A model generated the notes under the pieces. It saw only the letters and a list, made by a program, of their open reading frames with translations, made no database searches and was not told the origin of the DNA. Source: Macrostomum lignano (lineage: Eukaryota). From it: a stretch of DNA of 51,424 nucleotides. How positions within the stretch are numbered: the first letter of the stretch is position 1; every line of letters begins with the position of its first letter. The stretch covers positions 1 through 51,424 of the forward strand of contig NIVC01002908.1 in NCBI GenBank assembly GCA_002269645.1, read 5' to 3'. Shown here in pieces: positions 25,346-36,040 of the stretch. The position numbers and the translations under genes are program-made.

Positions 25346-25560
25346 ATCGCACTTTGAAACTGTTGAATAATGGCGCTCGCAAATTCTACAACCCGTCAGC
25401 TGAGGACAGCAGCAGACTGGAGCTGCAGGCTCGCGACAGCGTCGAGTCGTTGGAGGTCAGCGAGACTGCAGAATCCAATGCTGACGTTGGCGCTGCAGCA
25501 AACCAATCTAAACTTGAACAGTTTGGCTTTGTGCGTTCACCAACTAAATCTGCGCACTAA
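25346..25560 (+). CDS. SIVA1: SIVA1-like, exon 2 of 2 (spliced product 109 aa)
   Basis: CCTTCTCTTTCAAG acceptor; phase-compatible DRTLKLLNNGARKF parallels SIVA EKTKRLLFxGA; ends QSKLEQFGFVRSPTKSAH-stop. Confidence 0.82.
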
Positions 25561-25749
25561 TTATCTGCTGCACATTATATTGCACTGTACATTTGTCTAT
25601 TTTGTGGCACAGTTCCCTTTTTTAATACTGTGCTATATGTTTTCATTGCTATCTATGTATGCGCAAGGCAGTTTTTGCACCATTTTTTTCTGCGACTGAG
25701 CCACGGAGTTTCAAAGAAAGAAAACTGCTGGGTGATGATAAATCAGCAG

Positions 25750-26405
25750 GCTAGTCATTAGTGTGTGATGACCAATCAGCAGGCTGGTCATTAGTGTGTG
25801 GTGACCAATCAGCAGGCTGGTCATTAGTGTGTGATGACCAATCAGCAGGCTGGTCATTAGTGTGTGGTGACCAATCAGCAGGCTGGTCATTAGTGTGTGA
25901 TGACCAATCAGCAGGCTGGTCATTAGTGTGTGATGACCAATCAGCAGGCTGGTCATTAGTGTGTGGTGACCAATCAGCAGGCTGGTCATTAGTGTGTGAT
26001 GACCAATCAGCAGGCTGGTCATTAGTGTGTGGTGACCAATCAGCAGGCTGGTCATTAGTGTGTGATGACCAATCAGCAGGCTGGTCATTAGTGTGTGGTG
26101 ACCAATCAGCAGGCTGGTCATTAGTGTGTGATGACCAATCAGCAGGCTGGTCATTAGTGTGTGGTGACCAATCAGCAGGCTGGTCATTAGTGTGTGATGA
26201 CCAATCAGCAGGCTGGTCATTAGTGTGTGGTGACCAATCAGCAGGCTGGTCATTAGTGTGTGATGACCAATCGGCGAGCTGGTCTTTAGTGTGTGATGAC
26301 CAATCAGTAAGCTTGGTCATTAGTGTCTTATGACCAATCAGTAAGCTTGGTCATTAGTGTCTTATGACCAATCAGTAAGCTTGGTCATTAGTCGGTAATG
26401 ACCAA
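25750..26405. repeat. 33-bp minisatellite A (GGTCATTAGTGTGTGATGACCAATCAGCAGGCT)n, about 20 copies
   Basis: Tandem array with largely alternating GAT/GGT variants. Confidence 0.95.
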
Positions 26406-27029
26406 TTAGTGGCACATTGATAAATAAGTGAATAAGTACTTAGACTGATGTTAAGCTACTAATTTTAGCTACTTTGAGTAGTCTATAAATGATCGTATTC
26501 TGTTTCATTTATACTTTCCAGTTGTCGCTGACTTAAATTGATGTTATTTTTCTGTCCATTTTAGCCCATTTGTCTTTTCTCAGTATTGTTATTATTATTA
26601 TTTCTTGTATTCATAGCATCTGGCATAAAAATTGGCGTTAAAAATTATATCTCTGTCGAATGCTGCATATTTTCTATTATACCTGAAATACTACTTTCGT
26701 CTTCGGTAAAAGTAGTGTCTAATGTTTGGTGTTTCTTTGCTCTTTTTCTAATATATGAATAAGAATAACAGACACAATAAAGAACTTATGATCATTTGTA
26801 TTCAGATTAAAATGACCTTTATAGATAGGACAGTAAGTACTTTGATACAAGACTACTGTTTTTTAACCATGGTAGAAACTTATAGTTTAGTTACTCATAG
26901 AAAAACTTTAAATAGGTCATGATTTCTCTATGACTATACCATATCTATCCCGTTTCCACTTTACGAGTATTCCATTGCTATATTGCTTGAGTAGACCATG
27001 AGTTCTCTATGACTACATCTTGCCTAGGT

Positions 27030-27500
27030 CTACGTCACAGCTAACCTATGACAAAATTGGACCTAGGTCACAGCTAACCTATGACCAAATTGGACCTAGG
27101 TCATAGCTAACCTATGACCAAATTGGACCTAGGTCATAGCTAACCTATGACAAAATTTTGTCTAGGTCACAGCTAACCTATGACAAAATTGTGTCTAGGT
27201 CACAGCTAACCTATGACCGAATTGGGCCTAGGTCACAGCTAACCTATGACCAAATTGGGCCTAGGTCACAGCTAACCTAGTTATGACCAAATTGGGCCTA
27301 GGTCACAGCTAACCTATGACCAAATTGTGTCTAGGTCACAGCTAACCTATGACCAAATTGGGCCTAGGTCATGGCTAACCTATGACCAAATTGGACCTAG
27401 GTCACAGCTAACCGATGACCAAATTGTGTCTAGGTCACAGCTAACCTATGACCAAATTGGGCCTAGGTCATGGCTATCATATGACTAGATGATGACTAGG
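27030..27500. repeat. 33-bp minisatellite B (GGTCACAGCTAACCTATGACCAAATTGGACCTA)n, about 14 copies
   Basis: Directly visible tandem array. Confidence 0.93.
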
Positions 27501-27592
27501 TCATCGGCTCATGTCATACCTATAACTACCTGCTTAATTCCTGACCATTTAGCCACTGCCCACAAGCAAACAGAACTGCCTGTCTGTTGCAG

Positions 27593-28186
27593 ACCGCCAG
27601 TCAGTGGCGCCGTATAGCGGTCAGTGCTCGCAGTTGCGGGCACCTCCTATTCAACCGCTACCTGTTGCTAACCAACTGCGCAATCTGCGGCCTCAGCTCC
27701 TCGTGCGGCGATCTGATCAGCCAGAAACTGGAGTGCCGCAACAGGAAGCAATCGCTATTGTCAACAGTGAATTGGAAGCGCAATTTAACAATAGGATCGT
27801 GCGGCGTGCTGCTGGGCCCGCTCACTCACTATTGGTACCTGTTCTTAGAGAGACGCTTCCTGGGCCGGACTGCGCGCGCCCTGGTGTACAAAGTTGCCGC
27901 CGATGCGCTGCTGTTCTCGCCCGTGTACATCACTCTGTACGTTGTTAGCCTCGGCTTAATGCGCGGAGTTGGCAGGGAGGCGATTAAAGCCGATCTGTGG
28001 GAGGCCGGCCTAGAGATCTACAAGTACGAGGCCACCATATGGAGCGCTGCTCAAGCCGTTAATTTCTATTTTTTGCCAATCAGATACCGGGTTGCATTTG
28101 ACAGCGGCGTGTCGCTTGCATTCGACACTTTTTACGCCAATCAGTACAACAGTGCGCCTAGCAACTCACCTGGCGACAAAGCTTAA
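27593..28186 (+). CDS. MPV17L2: Mpv17/PMP22 family protein, MPV17L2-like (initiator ATG not present locally)
   Basis: WRR N-terminus, LLLTN...GDLISQ, GPLTHYWY, KVAAD..LFSP, IWSAAQAVNFYFLP.RYRV motifs; starts at CTGTCTGTTGCAG acceptor, phase 0. Confidence 0.9.
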   Translation, partial: TASQWRRIAVSARSCGHLLFNRYLLLTNCAICGLSSSCGDLISQKLECRNRKQSLLSTVNWKRNLTIGSCGVLLGPLTHYWYLFLERRFLGRTARALVYKVAADALLFSPVYITLYVVSLGLMRGVGREAIKADLWEAGLEIYKYEATIWSAAQAVNFYFLPIRYRVAFDSGVSLAFDTFYANQYNSAPSNSPGDKA

Positions 28187-28735
28187 TTAAAGCTTACCGA
28201 GCCTTTACCATTTGCCTTTAAAATTGAACTCAGATTTGTAGAATATTGTGAAGTTTGAATTTCTGACAAAATACGGTCCAAAATATGCTACTTCCCACCA
28301 CTTGTAGTGAGTAGTAATAATAGCGTTTCGTGCTATTAATGTTTCTGACTGTTTTCAAATGTTAAAAATTGAACATGTTAGCAACAATTTTAGGTCTCAA
28401 ATTTATTTCGATTCTACTAAATTCTGTTGTTTTAATTTCGATATCAAGATTGGCAAAGAATGATGAGTAATAGTTTTGATTTGATTGAAATTAGTTTGAC
28501 ATGCTGCTGTGTTATTGTTGGTTCATTTTGTATCTGATTATGCAGTGATTGAAGCCACGGCACATGTGAATTTCTGACTGGCTTGCTTGAACCAACCCAT
28601 CGCAAATACATGAATGAAGTTACAGTGCAATATCAAGCTATGCACACCTGTTTTCTAGCTGAATCTGTAAAACTGATTTAATTTTCAATTTGACTTCTTA
28701 CTTTTGCCTCCAACCACCACAGATACTACAATAAT

Positions 28736-29271
28736 TAGATGGGCCACTCATCACATTTGCGTGTAAGCTACTTTCATTTCAGTAGTAAGTTAAACGAAGA
28801 ATTTTAGAATTTTTTTTCATTTATTGGCTCCACAGGTACTCCGAGTAGAATAACTAGATGGGCCACTCAGGCATATATACTTAGCAAAACAGCTTTCTAC
28901 TTTCAGTTCAGTAGCAAAGAAGAATACATAAGCTATATTATAAAAATAAAGACAGCTAAAATAACTTTGATAAGTTTAGAAGCCCAAGCTTGCAGGCGTA
29001 AACAGCTTGCTAATTGGTTCAGCAGTAATGTACATTAGCCAGTCCACTGAAATGTACATGGCAGCTTTAGGCTGGAATTCCGAGAAAGGCAATAAAATTA
29101 AGGCGGGGTGGGGCGTAGTGTGCAAAGGCGCGGTTGGAGGGTTCAGGCTGGTGGGTAGAGCCAATAAATAAGCCTTGGCTTTAAAAACAAAAAATACATT
29201 AAAATGCTTCTCTTTAACTTACTACTGAACTGAAGGTAGCTTACACGCAAATATGCTAAGTGGCCCATTTA
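28736..29271. mobile_element. MITE-like element with about 65-bp imperfect TIRs and an internal arm duplication
   Basis: ATGGGCCACT...TTTGCGTGTAAGCTAC...TTCAGTAGTAAGTTAAA at 28739 is inverted at about 29205-29270; partial copy at 28858; no TSD seen. Confidence 0.6.
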
Positions 29272-30049
29272 CCTCGGCCTTGGCCTCGAACCCCGAACTT
29301 CTGCGGTTGGAACTCTGCTTTGGATTTGGAAGGCTGGGAAACTAGAGAAACTCTATCAACTAGGACTGTTTATGTCTATATGATAGCGAATATTTGTCGA
29401 TCAAAACTTTTATGCAAGTTGACAAACTTGAAAATTTTAAAAAGCAGCTATATAAGTACGCACTTTTTTAATTCGACCAGTTCTTTATCAGATTTAGCCC
29501 TATGCTTTCCACCGATAAGAATAAGTTCTCAACTGGTTGTGCATGAAAGGCGATAGCCTGTAGATAGTTCGTAGAGAGCCATTTTTTAGAAATTCGTTCG
29601 AACCTGTGTCTTTTACCCCCTTCTCATTGGGCGAAGCCAGTCTTATCCAATCGGTTGTCCCTTGCGTGTATTAGCTGTGTGCAGCTAGAACTTCAGTGTA
29701 TTACATATAGGCTCGTTCTTACAGCGTGTTGATATTTTTCACTTTATTGACAGTTTTCAATCAACTAACTCAAATTATAAAGTCAAAGTCCCTGATTATA
29801 ATCTCGGAACATCTGAATGGTGAGGCAGTGTTATATCTTACTGTTATGAATACAGTACGTGCATAAGTCATACCGGTATTTCTTAAAACCGTCGTGATAT
29901 TCGAGGGTCGAGCGTCGCCACCGGGGGGGGGGCAGGGGGGACATGCCCCCAGTAAAAGCTATTGGGGAACATGCCAATGCTTTTTTCCCTCCGCTCCACC
30001 GTGACCCGTTATGGAAATAAATATTTTTTCGAAAATATAACGCCTTCGG

Positions 30050-31340
30050 CGCCAAAATGACTGCATGCCTGCGGTGCCAAAATGAGTGCCTGCCTGCGGT
30101 GCCAAAATGAGTGCCTGCCTGCGGTGCCAAAATGAGTGCCTGCCTGCGGTGCCAAAATGAGTGCCTGCCTGCGGTGCCAAAATGAGTGCCTGCCTTCGGC
30201 GCCAAAATGACTGCATGCCTGCGGTGCCAAAATGAGTGCCTGCCTGCGGTGCCAAAATGAGTGCCTGCCTGCATCGCCACAATGAGTGCCTGCCTGCATC
30301 GCCAAAATGAGTGCCTGTCTGCGGCGCCAAAATGAGTGCCTGCCTGCGGTGCCAAAATGAGTGCCTGCCTGCATCGCCAAAATGAGTGCCTGCCTGCTGT
30401 GCCAAAATGAGTGCCTGCCTGCGGTGCCAAAATGACTGCATGCCTGCGGTGCCAAAATGAGTGCCTGCCTGCATCGCCACAATGAGTGCCTGCCTGCATC
30501 GCCAAAATGAGTGCCTGCCTGCATCGCCAAAATGAGTGCCTGCCTGCTGTGCCAAAATGAGTGCCTGCCTGCGGTGCCAAAATGAGTGCCTGCCTGCATC
30601 GCCAAAATGAGTGCCTGCCTGCTGTGCCAAAATGAGTGCATGCCTGCATCGCCAAAATGAGTGTCTGCCTGCTGTGCCAAAATGAGTGCATGCCTGCATC
30701 GCCAAAATGAGTGTCTGCCTGCTGTGCCAAAATGAGTGCCTGCCTGCATCGCCAAAATGAGTGCCTGCCTGCTGTGCCAAAATGAGTGCATGCCTGCATC
30801 GCCAAAATGAGTGTCTGCCTGCATCGCCAAAATGAGTGCCTGCCTGCATCGCCAAAATGAGTGCCTGCCTGCATCGCCAAAATGAGTGCCTGTCTGCGGT
30901 GCCAAAATGAGTGCCTGTCTGCGGTGCCAAAATGAGTGCCTGCCTGCTGTGCCAAAATGAGTGTCTGCCTGCATCGCCAAAATGAGTGCCTGCCTGCATC
31001 GCCAAAATGAGTGCCTGCCTGCATCGCCAAAATGAGTGCCTGTCTGCGGTGCCAAAATGAGTGCCTGCCTGCGGCACCAAAATGAGTGCATGCCTGCGGT
31101 GCCAAAATGAGTGCCTGCCTGCTGTGCCAAAATGAGTGCCTGCCTGCGGTGCCAAAATGAGTGCCTGCCTGCGGTGCCAAAATGAGTGCCTGCCTGCGGT
31201 GCCAAAATGAGTGCCTGCCTGCGGTGCCAAAATGAGTGCCTGCCTGCGGTGCCAAAATGAGTGCCTGCCTGCGGTGCCAAAATGAGTGCCTGCTTGCGGT
31301 GCCAAAATGAGTGCCTGCCTGCGGTGCCAAAATGAGTCCC
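30050..31340. repeat. 25-bp minisatellite (GCCAAAATGAGTGCCTGCCTGCGGT)n, about 51 copies
   Basis: Tandem array with CGGT/CATC/CTGT variants; explains the three minus-strand QAGTHFG ORFs. Confidence 0.96.
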
Positions 31341-31515
31341 GATCATTTTGAGTCCTCATCATGAGTCCCGATGTACATGTAGTAGTGGTAGTATTCCGTA
31401 ATTCATGGATGTTCCGATGGTGATTATGGCCAAATTCTATCCCGAGTTGCGCTGAGATCTCGTCCTATCAGCCTTCGCGAAATTCAACTGTTTTTTCATT
31501 CAATCACGAGCGCAG

Positions 31516-32032
31516 GACCCCGACGATGAGCCGATAGTAAAGCTGGAACAGCAGACCTACATCGTGTACAAGTCTCGCTGGTTCATTCTGACCATCTACG
31601 GCCTGTTGATCACATTTCAAGGCTCACTGTGGAACACCTGGGGCCCGCTGCACGACAACATGGAGCTTGCCTACAATTGGGACTCCGTCACGTTCGGCCT
31701 GTTGCCGTTCTGGGGCCCGTTCTGCTACGTCCTCTCCTTCCTGCCCTGGACTTGGCTCATGAACTCCAAGGGCCTCCGGCTGCCAGTGCTGCTCAGCGCC
31801 GGGCTCGTGCTGGCCGGCTGTCTGGCTAAACTGCCCGCTCCGTTCGTCTCTGGCGATCTGTTTCGCATTCTGTGCCACGTGTGCGGCTTTCTCAACGGCC
31901 TGGCCGCGCCAGCCCTGTTCACCACTCCGCCAATGCTGGCCGCCATCTGGTTTCCTAGAAATGAGAGAGTGACAGCCACCGCTATTGGCGGATCTTGCCA
32001 GGGCCTGGCTATTGCCGCTTCTTTTATCATTG
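31516..32032 (+). CDS. SLC49A4: SLC49A4/DIRC2-like MFS transporter, exon 1 of 3 (initiator ATG not present locally)
   Basis: VYKSRWFIL..FQGSLWNTWGP signature, WFP.NER.TATAIG; begins at GCGCAG acceptor; GTTTGT donor at 32033, phase 1. Confidence 0.9.
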
Positions 32033-32077
32033 GTTTGTTCTTGCTTTTTTAGTTTTTGTGCTTTATGAATTGAGACT

Positions 32078-34290
32078 TCGTCACTCCAGTTGTAGGAAGT
32101 GAGGCTCTTCAGAGGTAATTTGTCACCCCAGTTGTAGGAAGTGAGGCTTTGAGGTTGTCACTCCAGTTGTAGGAAGTGAGGCTTTGAGGTTGTCACTCCA
32201 GTTGTAGGAAGTGAGGCTTTGAGGTTGTCACTCCAGTTGTAGGAAGTGAAGCTTTGAGGTTGTCACTCCAGTTGTAGGAAGTGAGGCTTTGAGTTTGTCA
32301 CTCCAGTTGTAGGAAGTGAGGCTTTGAGGTTGTCACTCCAGTTGTAGGAAGTGAGGCTTTGAGGTTGTCACTCCAGTTGTAGGAAGTGAGGCTCTTCAGA
32401 GGTAATTTGTCACCCCAGTTGTAGGAAGTGAAGCTTTGAGTTTGTCACCCCAGTTGTAGGAAGTGAGGCTTTGAGATTGTCACTCCAGTTGTAGGAAGTG
32501 AGGCTCTTCAGGGGTAATTTGTCACTCCAGCTGTAGTAAGTGAGGCTCCGAGGTTGTCACTCCAGTTGTAGTAAGTGAGGCTCCGAGGTTGTCACTCCAG
32601 TTGTAGGAAGTGAGGCTTTGAGGTTGTCACTCCAGTTGTAGGAAGTGAGGCTTTGAGATTGTCACTCCAGTTGTAGGAAGTGAGGCTTTGAGATTGTCAC
32701 TCCAGTTGTAGGAAGTGAGGCTTTGAGATTGTCACTCCAGTTGTAGGAAGTGAGGCTCTTCAGAGGTAATTTGTCACCCCAGTTGTAGGAAGTGAGGCTT
32801 TGAGATTGTCACTCCAGTTGTAGGAAGTGAGGCTCTTCAGGGGTAATTTGTCACTCCAGCTGTAGTAAGTGAGGCTCCGAGGTTGTCACTCCAGTTGTAG
32901 TAAGTGAGGCTCCGAGGTTGTCACTCCAGTTGTAGGAAGTGAGGCTCCGAGGTTGTCACTCCAGTTGTAGGAAGTGAGGCTCTTCAGAGGTAATTTGTCA
33001 CTCCAGTTGTAGGAAGTGAGGCTCCGAGGTTGTCACTCCAGTTGTAGTAAGTGAGGCTCCGAGGTTGTCACTCCAGTTGTAGGAAGTGAGGCTCTTCAGG
33101 GGTAATTTGTCACTCCAGCTGTAGGAAGTGAGGCTCTTTAGAGGTAATTTGTCACTCCAGTTGTAGGAAGTGAGGCTTTGAGATTGTCACTCCAGTTGTA
33201 GGAAGTGAGGCTCTTCAGGGGTAATTTGTCACTCCAGCTGTAGTAAGTGAGGCTCCGAGGTTGTCACTCCAGTTGTAGTAAGTGAGGCTCCGAGGTTGTC
33301 ACTCCAGTTGTAGTAAGTGAGGCTCCGAGGTTGTCACTCCAGTTGAAGGAAGTGAGGCTCCGAGGTTGTCACTCCAGTTGTAGGAAGTGAGGCTTTGAGG
33401 TTGTCACTCCAGTTGTAGGAAGTGAGGCTTTGAGATTGTCACTCCAGTTGTAGGAAGTGAGGCTTTGAGATTGTCACTCCAGTTGTAGGAAGTGAGGCTC
33501 TTCAGAGGTAATTTGTCACCCCAGTTGTAGGAAGTGAGGCTTTGAGATTGTCACTCCAGTTGTAGGAAGTGAGGCTCTTCAGGGGTAATTTGTCACTCCA
33601 GCTGTAGTAAGTGAGGCTCCGAGGTTGTCACTCCAGTTGTAGTAAGTGAGGCTCCGAGGTTGTCACTCCAGTTGTAGGAAGTGAGGCTCCGAGGTTGTCA
33701 CTCCAGTTGTAGGAAGTGAGGCTCTTCAGAGGTAATTTGTCACCCCAGTTGTAGGAAGTGAGGCTTTGAGATTGTCACTCCAGTTGTAGGAAGTGAGGCT
33801 TTGAGTTTGTCACTCCAGTTGTAGGAAGTGAGGCTCCGAGGTTGTCACTCCAGTTGTAGGAAGTGAGGCTTTGAGATTGTCACTCCAGTTGTAGGAAGTG
33901 AGGCTCTTCAGAGGTAATTTGTCACTCCAGTTGTAGGAAGTGAGGCTCTTCAGAGGTAATTTGTCACTCCAGTTGTAGGAAGTGAGGCTCTTCAGAGGTA
34001 ATTTGTCACCCCAGTTGTAGGAAGTGAGGCTTTGAGTTTGTCACTCCAGTTGTAGGAAGTGAGGCTTTGAGGTTGTCACTCCAGTTGTAGGAAGTGAGGC
34101 TCTTCAGAGGTAATTTGTCACTCCAGTTGTAGGAAGTGAGGCTCTTCAGAGGTAATTTGTCACTCCAGTTGTAGGAAGTGAGGCTCTTCAGGGGTAATTT
34201 GTCACTCCAGCTGTAGGAAGTGAGGCTCTTCAGGGGTAATTTGTCACTCCAGCTGTAGTAAGTGAGGCTCCGAGGTTTTCACTCCAGCTT
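32078..34290. repeat. 35/42-bp variant minisatellite in SLC49A4 intron 1 (TGTCACTCCAGTTGTAGGAAGTGAGGCT + TTGAGGT, CCGAGGT or CTTCAGAGGTAATT)
   Basis: Tandem array with several interspersed unit types. Confidence 0.95.
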
Positions 34291-34367
34291 TAAGTTTTCG
34301 ACTCAAGTTTGAGATCGTCACTTCTGTCCTTCAGTGTCCATCGTATCTATAACCAACATTCTTCCAG

Positions 34368-34437
34368 GACCGCTCTTTGTGCCAAAAGTGAGCAACAGCA
34401 CTCTGCGAGAAGCAAATTCAACGGAAATTATCATAGA
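34368..34437 (+). CDS. SLC49A4: SLC49A4-like, exon 2 of 3
   Basis: CTTCCAG acceptor and GTGAGC donor; 70 nt, phase 1/2; reads GPLFVPKVSNSTLREANSTEIII, continuing the conserved IIGP motif. Confidence 0.8.
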
Positions 34438-34521
34438 GTGAGCGAATGTACAATTATGAACACCTTCAAATTTACAGAGCAGCAATTGTGACAAACTCTT
34501 TTACTTGTGCACAATATCCAG

Positions 34522-35307
34522 AAACATTAAGAGCGAAGTTTACGTGCTGAACTACTCGCAGCTGGGCATCGCTCTTGCAATATTCGCTGTCATTCTCGCC
34601 TACTTTCCTAACCGACCACCAACGCCGCCTGCCGTGTCGTGCGAAGTCGAACGCGTTAACCTTGCCGCCGGTCTGAAATCGCTGTCAATTAACACCTGGC
34701 TGGTGGTGATGGCCTACGGCCTGCCGCTGGGCGTCTCCGCCGGCTTCAGTGCCGCCTTCGACGTCAACGTCAGCCAATACGGCATTGGCCAGACTCAGGC
34801 CGGTTGATGGGCTTCGTCGCCGTCCTGACTGGCACCGTCGTGAGCCTGTTGGCCGCCAGACTCATCGACTGGTTTCCAAACGCATCTATGAAATGGTTCA
34901 ACATCGTGTTCTTGGGCGTTGCGACCCTGTGCTACGTGTGGTTCACGCTCATATTCGACAAGGTACTGCCCGGAGACACCGCTTCGATCTACGTGGCAAA
35001 CGTGCTGGCCAACACCGCACTCTATTCTTCTCTGCCGCTTTTCTACGAGATGGCCTGCGAGTCCGCATTCCCCATAGCCGAGGAGGTGCCCGCGATGCTC
35101 ATCACCAGCGTCAACTGCTTCTTTGCCAGCGTGTTTCTCGCCCTGTTTTTCTTTCCCCAAATTGGAACGCTCTGGATGAACTACGTCATGACTGGGGCCT
35201 GCGCCACCGCCGTGCCGCTTCTAGTCCTGTTCCGGGAGGTTCACAACAGGCGGAATCTGGACCTAACGGCGCAGGTCGGGGCTCAATCCGACGGTCGTCT
35301 GCAGTAA
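34522..35307 (+). CDS. SLC49A4: SLC49A4-like, exon 3 of 3, with an apparent 1-nt deletion at 34805-34807
   Basis: ATCCAG acceptor, phase 2; YFPNRPPTPP, QAG[W]MGF, PLFYEMACESAFPIAE motifs; AATAAA about 80 nt after the stop; restored protein about 458 aa. Confidence 0.87.
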
Positions 35308-36040
35308 CGCCTAGCCTCCTGCAAATTGTTCTCGAATATCAGACATCGAAAATGACCCTAATTTGCTTAACGAAATCTTTGGTTTCAATAAAGCATTGTA
35401 TGGTTTTTCAGTGTACCAGAGCGGCAAACAAGGTGTCACCCATGGGAAGAAATTTACTCAAGGGATGGGATGAAATACAGACTAATATTGGCTGATGTCA
35501 TTTTCTCATTCCGGAGCTTCATGTTTTACCAGATTGTTGCCAGAATTTACGAGTAAGCCTCCGTTCTGACACTACTGTACATTATACGAGCTACATTTAG
35601 ACACTTCCACATTGATACGAGCTGGTCTGAAAATATTCAGAAAACAAACAATTTAATGCTTAGTCTAGAATATAGCCAAAGCACAAACTCTAGCTGTTGT
35701 CACCTGAGGTAGATTGATACCCTCAATCTCAAGTATAAATTATCCTACCTGGTTAAGACCCCTTCCGTACGCGTGAATTCATGGTTTGATTACACCGCAG
35801 ACCTGCAATTTATACTGCCACAATAATGGCTATAATTTCTCATACGTGTTGTGTTACGAGCTAAGCTAATTAACTAGTTTTGTTTCTGTTGAAATTGCCA
35901 AGTCATGTACGAGCTACAGCAAAATACATAAAAATCTCCACAAATCACGAGAATTGCAACTTTTTTGCTTGGCATTCAACTTTTGTTTTAGGGGTGCTTG
36001 GCTTTCAAACGTGTTGTCCTGGCGTGCTAGAATATAGTGA

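Noticed and set aside
25520-27593. SIVA1-MPV17L2 fusion via the GTGCGT donor joined in phase 0
   Set aside because: Formally possible but unsupported; MPV17L2 already has a full-length N-terminus with one added Met
29831-31362. Three minus-strand ORFs of 445-499 aa
   Set aside because: The 25-bp unit cycles through all frames and gives the same peptide in each
25750-34290. CRISPR-like appearance of the 33-bp and 35/42-bp arrays
   Set aside because: No unique spacers, no cas genes, and an intron-containing eukaryotic context
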